A DNA stretch of 64,000 nucleotides from Malacoraja senta (Eukaryota). The stretch covers positions 25,978,001 through 26,042,000 of the forward strand of contig CM075983.1 in assembly GCA_038087875.1 (NCBI GenBank), in the 5' to 3' direction. The notes under the pieces are model-generated. The model was not told the origin of the DNA. It searched no databases and worked only from the letters and a program-made list of their open reading frames with translations. Positions 12,144 to 24,619 of the stretch are shown here, one piece after another (the first letter of the stretch is position 1; every line of letters starts with the position of its first letter). Made by a program: the position numbers and the translations under genes.

Positions 12144-12286
12144 GTATTAATATTACAGATTAGAAACCCATTGATGACCTGAAGCATTCTCTTTTCAGAT
12201 GATGCCTGACCAGCATTTTTAGGCTTTGTTATTAATGACAATATGCATTTCATATTTCCTCGCTCTAACTCACTGCAGACACTACC

Positions 12287-12612
12287 TCTTCTCAAGAGGT
12301 ACAGAAGTGTGAGAATGCACACCTCCAGATTAAAGGACTGTTTCTTCCCAGCTGTTATCAGGCAACTGACCCATCCCATCACCAACTAGAGAGCGGTCGT
12401 GAGTTGCATTTACTTCATTGGAGATCCTCGGACTATCTTTAATCAGACTTGACTGAACTTTATCTTGGACTAAACATTATTCCCTTTATCCTGTATCTGT
12501 ACACTGAGGACAGCTTAATTGTAATCATGTAGTCCTTCTGCTGACTGGATGGCACACAATAAAAGAACTCTTCACTGTACCGCTGTACACGTGACAATAA
12601 ACTAAACTAGAT
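12287..12612 (+). mobile_element. Rex/L2-like LINE 3' fragment
   Basis: gaggtacagaagtgtga...ttcttcccagctgttatcaggc...gtgacaataaa followed by an (ACTAA)n-like tail. Confidence 0.6.
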
Positions 12613-14208
12613 AAATATTACAAGCTGTTTTATTTTTCTTGTCTGGCTCTTTCTACCATCCACCTGCCTCTGCCTCCCAACTCCTTCCCTCCGCATCCCC
12701 CCAGCTGGCTCCACCCAGCCATCATCCCTAACCCCTCCTTAGAGCACTTCTCACCTATGCTCATTTCACCCCTACCATCATATTTTAAATTGGCGAATTT
12801 TTCTCTCCGCTCTTAGTCCTGCTGCAGGATCTCAACTCAAAACATTGACAATTCCTTTATCCCCACAGATACTGTTCGACCTACTGAGTTCCTCCTGCAA
12901 TTTGATTTTTTTTTGTTCCGGATTCCAACATCTGCAGTCTCTTGTCGTCCCTTCCTGTATACAGCCTTTCTGCACAATTCACATCAGAGCAAGCTCCCAC
13001 CGATCACACCCCCCCCCCCCCCCGCCCCCCCGTTTCATCAACCCGCATCTCACAGTGACACAAGGTCACTCGTAGCCCGAGACGTGATACATGGAACCCA
13101 TTCAGCAGTGGGTGTGAGGGAACAAAGTCCCGTGTTTCCTTCACGTCCATGACAGTTTTCCACGCAGCTGTTCTGTGGCGGCCATGGGGAGAGCACTTTA
13201 ACATCCACTGCTCCTCTCAATGTTGTAGCAGCTACATGTTTTTTTAAGCAGCTTTTAGAGATTGTCTGCATAAATCTTGTTTCAGCACATGATTTATATT
13301 CAAAATATCATATAACTAAGTTAATGAACACTGTTCCAATTGCATAGAAGTCCACAGAGGACCGAGTGAGCATTAGCTTTGTACATAGCTCATGCTTGGT
13401 GCACCAAAAGAGGGTGACATTCAATTCTGAAGCAATTACGTCACTATTTCATGAACCATTGATTCTCTTTCCAGCATTTCATTTATCTGTTGAATTGTCA
13501 CTTGGCTCCCTCCCCTGGCTCAACGTTCTATTACAACTACGCAGCCATGCAGACTTTTAACTTACATTTTCCACTGGGGTTGGAAATCCTCACTGGTTGC
13601 AACGGATAATCCAACAAGGTGAGTCGAATCAGCACAAATTGTGAACAGCAAAGGATATGAAAAGGTCATATGGCTCATGTCAGCTTACCTGTCCTGAATC
13701 CTAACTCGAGTAGACACCTTCCTGCAATATTTCGTCATCTCTGTTAAACTTGGAATCAGTGGTAGAGAAACACTTGCAATGTGATTCACACTGCCATTAC
13801 TTACAACACAATTTGCCAATGGCTTGCAGCTAAAGAGGCATCCAAATTTTCTGGGAGCATTATTTACATAACTATTGGTGAAAGCATTGAAATAAAACAT
13901 GTAAAAGAGATACATTCTACTAGGGCAGTCGAGTTTGACCTTTCAAAGATTCTCTTGAGTAGGTGCTTTTCAACAATGCTCTGAGGCATAAACAAATCAA
14001 AAGGGAACTTCTCCACTCTTCTACTTCTCCCCTCTATTATTTCATTGCTGGTTTAACAGTTGGGATAGAATTATCATCTGCTATCTGTACCAAGGGGTGG
14101 CCTGCCCAGAAGTAGAATTCAGAACTGCAGAGATGAGGGCTCTGTTGCAAATAAAAATCAGAAAAAACAGATGCCAAAGTTCTGAAACAAAAACTGATAA
14201 TGCAAGAA

Positions 14209-14339
14209 ATACTCAGATCAGGCAGCAACTGTGGAAGGAGAAACAAAGTCAAAGTTTCAGGTCTGGGACCCTTCTGAGGACCTGAAACATCAACTCTGTT
14301 TTTCTTTCCACATCGGGTGCCTTATCTGCTGAGAGTATT
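14209..14339. mobile_element. Old fold-back Penelope-terminus pair
   Basis: Inverted arms about 14209-14264 and 14279-14339 (gtttcaggtc / gacctgaaac). Confidence 0.65.
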
Positions 14340-15390
14340 GTAAGGAACCCTTGTTCCCCTCCACAGCAAGTTAGAAGTCAGGAGGAGGATTTTCCTCAGT
14401 GTGTTCCACAATTTCTGAGTGCCCCTCCGAACCAAGTGACACCAAGATCTGGTGGCAATTCTCTCATTGCAGAGACTGCAAACCAGAGCTATAAATTACA
14501 TTGCTGAGTGATTTCAAAGAACTTAATCCCCAGAGTGGAGATGCACGTAGAAAGATAATTGCAGAGTCCCTGGATCCAGGGGTGGGTTGCCAACTGGTGA
14601 ACGAATACAAACCAGATCCCCTTCTGAAACCTATGTGGTGAGTTACATTACAGACACAATAGATTGAAACTTAATTTTTAATTTTTACATTCAACAAAGA
14701 TACAACAGATTTATCATTTTTGGAAAAGCACCAGGGATCACATATATATATATATATATATATTTTAAAACAAGAACCATCTAAAAATATCTTAAGTGGA
14801 GAGTTACTGTTGAATACGTTGGGGAGACATCATTCACTGTGGCACAATTTCACCCAATGTTGAGTGTGGATTCACAGGGCTCGTCACCATCTTTACCCTT
14901 TTCACTCAATAACTAGTTTGTCACATGTAGATGGAGTCCAATTATCTGAGTGGAGAAAATAGCTATCAGAAAATCAGAAGGAAAAAGGAAACAGCTCACA
15001 GCAAAGCATTGCGACTATTAACATAGAGCCAATTTTTACTTTTTCCGAAAATGTTTCCTTACTAGCTTTTTCTTGTTATTTCCCAGTTAACCACTGAGAT
15101 ATCCACTACGATTCTCAGCCTCAAATTCATAAGTTGACATTCTTCACGTGGTCCTAGACAATGAACAGCCTGATGCAGCACTCATCTGAAGCCCAGACTC
15201 ATACATTTTCCAGCTACTGCCACTGGAGAACACAATTCTGAGCAGCTGAGAGGAAGAGCAGTGTGGTAAAGTGCAGCCATTAGCAACCTACAGTGACTGC
15301 TCCCAGGGCTGCACAACGGAAGACAAGCACTACCAGAGCAGTGTCTTGGGAGCAGCCATGATGGGGGAGGCTGTGTTAACGTGCATGTGC

Positions 15391-16206
15391 TTTGATTTGA
15401 GTTGATTTAATTTATTGTTATTGTCTTCAATGAAGAGACAACAAAATTCTTTACAGTCATACAAAAAAAAAAAAAAAAAAAAACACAAAACACAAAACAC
15501 AGTAGTCCACAACACAAACATCCCCACAGCAGCACCAAAGTTCCCCACTGTGAGGGAAGGAACCAAAGTCCAGTCAACCTCCTTGCCAATGTTCCCCAAT
15601 GTTCACTACGGGGCCTCCCGAGCACCCCGTAGTCGCCACTACGGGCGGCCCGATGTTCAGGCCCTCTCGCCAGGAACCTCTTGTCAGCCACCTTCCACCG
15701 GAGTCCGCAGCTCCCGAAGTCCACAGGCCGTGTTGGGCGGAGATTCGCGCTGGCGACCCCCGGCAAAGGGTCACAGGACTCCGCGATGTTAAAGTCAGCG
15801 CCGCCCGCGTTGGGAGCTCCGCACCCACAGCTCCACGATGTTGGAGCAGCGGCCCAGCACTCCGGAGCTCCAAGCGGCGATCCCAGGAAGGCCTCGCCTG
15901 CTCTGCTATGTTTCCAGCGCCTCGCCACCGCTGCTGAAGCTCTGGGCCGGTCGCGGCAGGAAAGGCAATGCCAATCCAGTTGATAGGCCGCGAGGGGGGG
16001 GGGGGGGGCGAGGACGCGACTCGGATAATAGCCGCATCCTCGCCAGGAAGTGACAGAAGGACGGTTTCCCCCTTACCCTACCCGCTTTCCCCCACATAAA
16101 ATACCGAAAAAAAACAAAAACTAAAAAAACACTCTAAACATAACAAATTATAAAAAGACAGCCAGACCGTGGGCGGAGGCAGCTAGCAACAGCGCCACCG
16201 GATGTC
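15391..16206 (-). mobile_element. GC-rich non-autonomous retroposon (about 815 bp) with Rex-type 3' end
   Basis: Minus strand starts GACATCCGGTGGCGC and ends aattttgttgt-hairpin-aacaataaa-microsatellite; shares blocks with 56528-57373. Confidence 0.7.
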
Positions 16207-16310
16207 CAGAGAGGGTAAGTGCTGAGGCTTCAACTCATGAAGCTTTGGCAAGGAGGCAGAGCGGAGGTGACAAGAAGATAAGGTCTGAGGTTTTTTTAAT
16301 GAAGAGATAG

Positions 16311-16948
16311 GTTGAAGATGACTTTTGGCACACTGGCCTTCATCAGTCAGGGAATAAGTGTAGAAGTTGGAACATTATGTTTTAGTTGTATGTCACTATT
16401 GAGACCACACTTGCGGTATTGCATTCAGTTTTTGTCACCCAGTTATAGAAAAGATTCTGCTAAGTTAAAAAGAATGCAGAGACGATTTACAAGGATGTTG
16501 CAGGGCATGAAGGCCTGAGCTGCAGTGAGAGGTTGGGCAGGAGAGGACTTCATTTCTTGGCACACAGGAGGCTGTGGGGTGATCTTATAGATGCCTGTTA
16601 GATTATGAGGGGGAATGGATATTGTAAATGCAGTCTTTTATCCAGGTTTGGAAATCAAGAACTAGAGGGCATAGGTTTAAGGTGAGAGGGGAATGAATTA
16701 ATAAGAACATGCGGGACAACATTCTCATATATAGGGTGGTGGGTATATGTATCAAGCTGCAGAGGAAGTAGTTGCGGCAGGTACAATAACAACATTAAAA
16801 GAAACATTTTACTGGTATATGGATAAGAAAGGTTTAGGGAGATATGGACCACATGCAAGAAAATGGGACTAGCTTAGATTGGCCATCTTTATCAGCATGG
16901 AGAACATGGGCCAAAGGGCGCATTTCCATGCTCTCTGACTATGACTCT
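16311..16948 (+). mobile_element. CR1-type LINE 3' fragment (degenerate)
   Basis: Translates LRPHLRYCIQFLSP...MQRRFTRML; tcaagaactagagggcataggtttaaggtgaga; CR1-like 3'UTR. Confidence 0.85.
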
Positions 16949-17686
16949 AAATATTAACTAACCTCCTTCCACCTAGACGAAGGATGCATGAGACCCAGTC
17001 TGTCCAATGATGGACTGACAGTCAATGCATTGTCTGGTGAAGACAAATTTCTAACTGGGAGTACGGGGCATTGTGATCAGGAGAGGCAAAGAGAGGCGTG
17101 CTGTTGGATGCACCGCACCTGGATCATGCTAGGGAGGTTAACTGAAAGACTAGGCTGCTGAAGAGGAATAACAAGGAAGGAGAGGAGAAATGTGGGGCAA
17201 CCACTGTGTTAAGGGGTGTCCCAACTCCGTTACCATTTATCCTGACTTTCCCCTCCACAAAATGAACTGAGCATTTTCAAAATAGTGAATCCATTGACGT
17301 GAAGGTCAAAAGCAACTTGGGGATTCTTGTGCATAGATCAATTGAAAAAAATAGGCCTGCAGAAAATAATCAACAAAAGTCCAGTGCAGAGCTAGCCTTA
17401 AGATTACATGAAGACAGTAGTTATATATGAAAATGTTGGTTAAAGTACTGTGGGCTTTCAAAACATAATCTCAGGAAGAAAGCATTGGTTTACACGGTTC
17501 ACGGGGAGAATGTACAAACTCCGTACAGACACCACGCGTAGTCACGATCGAACCTGGGTCTCTGGCGCTGTAACTCTACTGCTGCGCCACTGTGGTCTGG
17601 GAGGGAATCCTGCATTGATTTGCAAGATTGATAGCGATGAACTCCAAACAAACTGGGATTGTATTCCTCAGAATTCAGAGGGATAA

Positions 17687-17828
17687 GGGGGATGGGAGAT
17701 TGTAACCTTCATTGTAATCCGCTCAGTTTAAACAAATGCAATCAACCTGGCGTGCACAATCAAATAAGATCAAATAGAACAAGATGTCCTACAACTTTAG
17801 GCTGTGCACGCCATACGCAAGAAGAAGA
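17687..17828 (+). mobile_element. Short 5'-truncated retroposon with (GAA)n tail and 10-bp TSD
   Basis: AGAGGGATAA at 17677-17686 and 17829-17838; internal inverted repeat tggcgtgcaca / tgtgcacgcca. Confidence 0.7.
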
Positions 17829-18135
17829 AGAGGGATAATTTGATTGAAATTATGAGAAGGGAAAAATAACATATTGTTCAGGAAAGAAAAATCAAAGTGC
17901 TGGAGTCTCAGCAGGTCAGGCAGCATTTCTGGAAGACATGATAGGTGATGTTTCTGGAGGGATTCTCTTTCGGGCTAATTGTAGTAGTGAGGAGAAAGCT
18001 GGAAAAGAGATGGGGGGCTAGAATAATTTGGAGTGTTGAGAGCTTGGAGTTAAACCTATATCCAAAATATTAGAGCCAGTCATTCAGAAGAAAAATTCTC
18101 AAAAGCTTCCACAAAACAAATGCTGGTAGAATCAA

Positions 18136-18271
18136 TGTGTAGAAAGGAACTGCAGGTGCTGATTTAAACTTAAGATAGACACAAAAAGCTGGAGTAACTC
18201 AGTGAGTCAGACAGCATGTCTGGAGAAAAGGAATAGGTGGTGTTTCACAGTCGAGACTTCTTCAGACTGAA
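18136..18271 (-). mobile_element. Penelope pLTR fragment with tail
   Basis: Minus strand reads tcagtCTGAAGAAG...GAAACACC acctattcc...ctgagttactccagc...gcacctgcagttcctt. Confidence 0.75.
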
Positions 18272-18467
18272 GCTCTCTTGTATAAACAAAATAACCCAGC
18301 TGTTAGCAGGCAACTGAATCATCCTACCACAATCAGAGAGCAGTGCTGAACTACTAGCTACCTCTGATGTCCCGCAGATTATCTTTGACCGGACTTTGCT
18401 GGCTTTACCTTGCACTAAAAGTTATTCACTTATCTTGTATCGAAACACTGTAAATGGATTGATTGTA

Positions 18468-19083
18468 GGAATAGGATAGGAATACTTTATTGTCACATGT
18501 GATTAGGCACTGTGAAATTCTTTGCTTGCTTACCCAATGTATACAAATAGCAGCCATCTACGGCGCTGACAAAGTTACAAAGCACATCGGCTCCTCCTTT
18601 TGTTCTCCCCCCCCTCCCCCCCCACATCGGGTCCCCCCATTGTTCTTCCCCCCCTTCACAGCGCCCCCCCACGCCAAGTCCTCCAATGTTCTTCCCCTCC
18701 CCCTCACAGCGGTTCCCTCACGCCAGCTCCCCCCATTGTTCTTCCCCTCCCAGCAGCCCCCCCACGCTCTCATCGCTACACCACCGCCGAGGCCCTATCG
18801 TCACGAGGGGTCACCGCTGTCGACGCCCCACTTCACGCCTCCATGAGACTCAGCAGACCCAGACTCCGACCCGCGAGGCCCCAGCCAGGCTCTGACCCGG
18901 GCTTCTACGTGGCAATCCGGGAGGCATGGAGACAGCGGCACCTCGATAAAGGCCTCCGGCTGCGTTCTCAGTCCACAGCCGTGGCCGGTCGGGAAGCCTT
19001 AAGACGTGGAGATGGACTAGATGGAAGGAGGTGACGAGCCTGTGATCAACTGGGCTGCAGGTTCAGGTGGTTAAGAGCAGATG
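18468..19083 (-). mobile_element. GC-rich non-autonomous retroposon nested in a Rex/L2-like 3' fragment
   Basis: Minus-strand 3' end gaatttcacagtg...gtgacaataaa plus (CCTAT)n-like tail; interrupts a host fragment (about 18295-18467 and 19084-19172) otherwise colinear with 12287-12612. Confidence 0.65.
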
Positions 19084-19383
19084 CATGTATTGTCTTCCTG
19101 CTGACTGGTTAGCACGCAACAAAGAGCTTTTATCTATACCTTGGCACATGTGACTATAAACTATACTGAACTGATGCCAAATCAACTATTAATTTTAAAT
19201 CTTGCATTCAGTTCGCCGGGTGCATTAAAAAGGGCAGCTAATAGCAGATGGTCAAGTTTAATCACCTACTTCTGTTCCCATGGCTCCTCTCGAGGACATC
19301 CAAACTTGGCGTCATTGATAGATTTTATCAGGTGACTTAGTAGCAACAGGTTTCCTTTCACTGGACAATAATAAGGTTACTTC

Positions 19384-19530
19384 TCACCCTCTGTATGAAC
19401 AGGTTTTCTTGGTCATGGCCACAATAACCACGCTCAAGCAAGTGGACAAGCCCAGCAGCTGCAAGAACGTTGGAACAGAGGGCAGGTGTCGCATCCAGAA
19501 AGTCATGGTCATCGGCTGAGTTGGAATTTC
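19384..19530 (-). CDS. mao: Monoamine oxidase exon 15 (C-terminal membrane anchor, stop)
   Basis: cag|EIPTQPMTMTFWMRHLPSVPTFLQLLGLSTCLSVVIVAMTKKTCSYRG*; matches the MAO TFWERNLPSV motif. Confidence 0.9.
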   Translation of the reverse strand, partial: EIPTQPMTMTFWMRHLPSVPTFLQLLGLSTCLSVVIVAMTKKTCSYRG

Positions 19531-19634
19531 CTGAATGTAGACAATGAATAAGCTTTAATCCTTCCTGTTCAGCAACTCCATTTAATGGTTATTTTTTTAC
19601 AAATAATTGCTTTTATTATTGGTTATCATTGCCC

Positions 19635-20158
19635 CGTCTTCTACAGGTGCACAGTAGAGAGCATACCGACTGGTTGCATCGTGGCCTGGTTCGGCAACTT
19701 GAACGTCCAGGAGCAGAAAAGATTGCAAAAAGTTGTGACCACTGCCCAGTCTATCACCAGCTCTGACCTCCCCACCATCCAAGGGATCTAATGAAGTCGC
19801 TGCCTCAGAAAGGCAGTCAACATCATCAAAGACGCACACCATCCTGGCCACACACTCATCTCACCGTTGCCATTGGGAAGAAGGTACAGGAGCCTGAAAA
19901 CTGTAACGTCCAGGTTCAGCTTCTTCCCTACAGCCATCAGGCTATTAAACACAACAACAAATACTGAACTACAACAGACTATTATTATTATTGCACTATC
20001 TTTGTTTATTTATTGAGTATGTGTGCATGTGTATATACACACACTGAACTTTTTTTTCTCCCGTTATGTACTACATATTCTATTGTGCTGCAGCAGGGAG
20101 GAATTTCATTGTCCTATCTGGGACATATGACAATAAAACACTCTTGACTTTCTTGACT
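19635..20158 (+). mobile_element. Rex1/Babar-like LINE 3' fragment
   Basis: Translates FYRCTVESIPTGCIVAWFGN...LQKVV; 3' end gaatttcattgtcc...atgacaataaa with (CTTGA)n-like tail. Confidence 0.8.
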
Positions 20159-20189
20159 CCTGCCTCCCTTGTTGGTAGAGGTCAAAGAT

Positions 20190-20425
20190 TAGTTTTAGAG
20201 AAACAGCATGGAACTGACCACCGATCACTGATTCACGCTCGTTCTATGTTATCCCACTTTCACTTCAACTCCCTACACATTCGGGGCAATTTACAACGAC
20301 TAATTAACCTACAAATCCGCACATCTTTGGGATGTGGGAAGAAACTGGAGCATCCAAAGGAAACCCATGTAGTCACAAGGGGAAGGTGCAAACTCTCCAC
20401 AGACAGCACCCAACGTCAGGATCAC
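20190..20425 (-). mobile_element. V-SINE/HE1-like SINE fragment
   Basis: Reverse complement of the gggtttcct..ggatgctccagtttcttcccacatcccaaag domain also seen at 60077-60390. Confidence 0.75.
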
Positions 20426-20446
20426 TGTGTATATTTGCAGTTGGGA

Positions 20447-21203
20447 ATAGAGAAACATAGAAATATAGAAAATAGGTGCAGGAGTAGGCCATTCGGCCCT
20501 TCGAGTCTGCACCGCCATTCAATATGATCATGGCTGATCATCCAACTCAGTATCCTGTACCTGCCTTCTCTCCATACCCCCTGATCCCTTTAGCCACAAG
20601 GGCCACATCTAACTCCCTCTTAAATATAGCCAATGAACTGGCCTCAACTACCTTCTGTGGCAGAGAATTCCACAGATTCACCACTCTCTGCGTGAAAAAT
20701 GATTTTCTCATCTCGGTCCTAAAAGACTTCCCCCTTATCCTTAAACTGTGACCCCTTGTTCTGGACTTCCCCAACATCGGGAACAATCTTCCTGCATCTA
20801 GCCTGTCCAACCCCTTAAGAATCTTGTAAGTTTCTATAAGATCCCCCCTCAATCTTCTAAATTCTAGTGAGTACAAGCCGAGTCTATCCAGTCTTTCTTC
20901 ATATGAAAGTCCTGCCATCCCAGGAATCAGTCTGGTGAACCTTCTCTGTACTCCCTCTATGGCAAGAATGTCTTTCCTCAGATTAGGAGACCAAAACTGT
21001 ACGCAATACTCCAGGTGTGGCCTCACCAAGCACCTGTACAACTGCAGTAGAACCTCCCTGCTCTTATACTCAAATCCTTTTGCTATGAATGCTAACATAC
21101 CATTCGCTTTCTTCACTGCCTGCTGCACCTGCATGCCTACTTTCAATGACTGGTGTACCATGACACCCAGGTCTCGTTGCATCTCCCCTTTTCCTAATCG
21201 GCC
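20447..21203 (-). mobile_element. CR1/HER1-type LINE 3' end, open RT C-terminus
   Basis: ORF 20547..21182: RDLGV...LVRPHLEYCVQFWSP...RTRGHSL...FFTQRVVNLWNSLP; CR1 3'UTR and (TTCTATGT)-like tail. Confidence 0.93.
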
Positions 21204-21370
21204 TTATGTCCTTATGTCCCACAATCTAAAGCACAGTTCATTCCTACTCTCCAGATATACTAACGTTTCTCACAGAAACCAGCCACTCCAAATCTGTTTT
21301 ATTACTCAATTATCAGGCTGATTTAGTAACAGGTTGCTTACAGTTTTAGTTTAGGTTTCTCAGCACTTAC

Positions 21371-21433
21371 TTGAACCTCAGGCTCGAGACTCCAGATTGC
21401 TGCCTCTGGAATGATTCCCACTGCACACATTAC
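21371..21433 (-). CDS. mao: Monoamine oxidase exon 14
   Basis: 63 bp, cag|VMCAVGIIPEAAIWSLEPEVQ|gtaagt. Confidence 0.88.
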
Positions 21434-24400
21434 CTGCAGATGGAACACGGGCTGAATGACAACATTGCTGAGCAATTATTCTCACATACAGATATTTCAA
21501 ACTGAAGCAAACTTGAACTCGGATTCTATCTGTTCAGTGTCATCTCAGGGGAGAGTATAATGTTACTCTCACTATTTTCACTTCCATTGACTTCTCATGT
21601 TTTACATGACTAACCCATGCTGACATTACCACCACTGCATACACTTCTTCATATAGTTCAGATGTGTTCGTTGGTGGGGAAATAAAAGATTTTTCAAGTT
21701 TAAAGCAGGATATAATTCTAATGAAAAACAACATTTGGACAATACTTTGAACGGAACAGTATATTGATAAATATATACAAATAGAAAATGCTGCAAATAA
21801 TCAACATACCTATGGACCTTTCACTGCTGTCTCCGCTTCTCACTTCACAGAAGGCCTGTCACATTGCTCCAGCTTTGTCTTTTATGTTTTAGGTCACCAG
21901 AACTTACAGTATTTGCCTATTACACTGGTGACTGTTCAAAACCAGTGCCCACAAGCACACTGATGCCACTCGCTTCTATCCTCTGTCAGCATTGATTTAG
22001 CCGATCCCAACAGCATGATCATCTACTACATAACTTATTTTTTTTATTTTATATATATATTTATTAGAAGTACAGTAAATTACAATAAATTACATTAATA
22101 CACACCACGTATATCTTTATTACATTTAATGTACCCCTTGATTTTTTAAAGCTATTAAGAAAAGATGGAAATTGAGAAAATAGAGAAAGTGAAAGAAAAT
22201 AGTGTTAGTGTAAAAGCGTGACGAAAGGAAAGAAGAAAGACCCTTTAGACGAGAAATTAGAGAAAAGGAATTAAGAGATAGACCCTAGAAAAGAAAAAAG
22301 AGAAAGAAGAAAAAAGAGAAAGACAGATACTCTATTATGAACATCGCGCAAAAGGGATACCAGCTCGTCACCTTTCATCCCCCTTTACCAAGTCCTGACA
22401 CCGGTGCCTTTTTAAAATACTGTTGCACCTTATGCTTGTAGTAATTCTATAAATGAAGACCACGTCCTATAGAAGTGATCTGATTTGCCTGCCAGGAGGA
22501 GTCTCATCTCTTCCAGGTGTAATGTTTCAAACATATTTGAAATCCACATGTTTATTGTTGGTATAGGAGCGTTTTTCCAGAATTTTAGAATAAGCTTTTT
22601 TCCAGTTATTAACCCGTAATCAAATAGGTTCTTTTGAAACACATTTAGTTCAGGGCTACCTTCCGTTGTTCCAAAGATAATCCATTCTGCTATTGGTATC
22701 AGTTTTATTTTAAATAATTTTGTAAAGATTTCAAAAATTTCAATCCAGAATTTTTGAATTTTTATACAAAAGACAAATGAATGCGCTATAGTAGCTTCTT
22801 GAGACTGGCATTTATCACAGATAGGTGATACGTTGGGAAAAAGTTTACTTATTTTGGTTTTTGAGTAGTATAATCTGTGTAAAATTTTAAATTGGATTAA
22901 AGTGTGTCTTACATTAATCGAGCATTTGTGCACATTTAATAAATGTTCATTCCACCTCTCTTTTGAAATTTTAATAGCTAATTCTTGTTCCCAGTCTCTT
23001 CTAATACCATCCGTTGCTGGTATTTCTACATTTAAAATAATATTATACAAATATGATATTAAGTTTGCTGATTCGGCTTTTGTCTTCATTGCTTCGTCCA
23101 GTAAATCTAATGGCATATTGTAATAATCTTGTGTATATTTTTTCAGATAATCACATATTTGAAAATATTTAAAATATTGATTGTTTCCCAGATTATATTT
23201 TAGTTGTAATTGTTGGAATGATAGTAATTTTCCAGTTTCATACGTCTCCGAGCGTTTTAATTCCTATTCTTTCCCATTGTGTAAATGATTGGTCTATAAT
23301 GGAGGGTTTAAACAAAGGGTTATTAGCTATTGGAGATAAGAGCGATAGATTTCTTAATTTTAAATTATGTTTTATTTGTTTCCAAGTTCTAATTGTACTA
23401 TGTATAATTGGATTTTTGTTATGGTTTGTGTTATTCAACTTCATTGGTGAGAGGAGGATCACTCCAATATTACAAGGGGAGCAGTCCTCTCTCTCCATTA
23501 TAATCCAATCCACCTGCTGGGCAGAGTTGTCCAGCAGTTGAATCATATTTTTAATATTTACTGACCAATAATAGTATATAAAGTTAGGGAGTGCTAAACC
23601 ACCTAATACTTTAGGTTTGTTCAAATGTGTTCTTTGTATTCTATGGGATTTATAATCCCATATAAAATTTGTAATGTCTGAATCCAGTTTAAAAATAAAC
23701 TTTTTTGGTAGGTATATAGGAATTGATTGGAATACGTATAGAATTTGTGGTAAAAAGATCATTTTTATAGCATTTATTCGGCCTATTAAAAACATCGGAA
23801 GCGTTTTCCTGAATTTAATTAAAGTATTTAATTTCTTAAGTAGAGGATTATAATTTGCGTTAAACATGGCTTGATATTTTCTGGTAATTTCAATACCCAA
23901 GTACTTAAATTTTTCTATAGCTATTTTAAAAGGGAATTTTAAGAGGTGTGGTGAGTCTTTCGGTTTTATTGACATAATTTCACTTTTGTTCCAGTTTATT
24001 CTGTATCCAGAAAAGGATCCGAAATCCTCAATTACATTTAATATGTTTGGTATAGTAGTTTGAGGTTTTGTGATGTACAATAGTACATCATCAGTGTATA
24101 AAAATATTTTATTATTTGAATATTTTGTATTATAGCCATGGATATTCGGATGTGTTCTAATTCTTTCCGCTAGAGGTTCAATTATAAGAGCAAATAACAG
24201 CGGTGATAGTGAACATCCTTGTCTATTACCCCTTGATAATTGGAATTTCATAGATAATATGTTATTAGTTAATATTCTAGCCGTAGGCTTATTATATAAT
24301 AATTTAATCCATAGAATGAAATTCTCTCCCATTTGGAATTTTTGCAATACTTTAACCATGTAATCCCATTCCACTTGATCGAATGCTTTTTCTGCATCCA

Positions 24401-24619
24401 ACTAAATAATTGATAATTCTTGTTCTTCCAATCCGGTTGCGTCATGCTCTGTTAGCAGTCGCAAACTTTTTAGCTCCGCTGAAAAAAACGCGTTTTTTCG
24501 CGTTAAAATCGGGTCTGGAGGTCGGGACCGTTTTTAAAAACTTACCGGAGCTTCATGTCGCGGTGCTGATGACGTCATCAGTAAGCGCCGCGATTTTAAC
24601 GGAGGGAAAGTCATTTTAA

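Noticed and set aside
14339-14651. TGTAA...TTACA segment with TATAAA resembling a solo LTR
   Set aside because: Flanks do not form a TSD and there is no canonical poly(A) signal; needs a repeat search.
15330-16097. Overlapping 60-170-aa ORFs in GC-rich elements (also 18490-19034, 46161-46642, 56529-57343)
   Set aside because: Stop-poor GC-rich repeat sequence, open in several frames on both strands, with no protein motifs.
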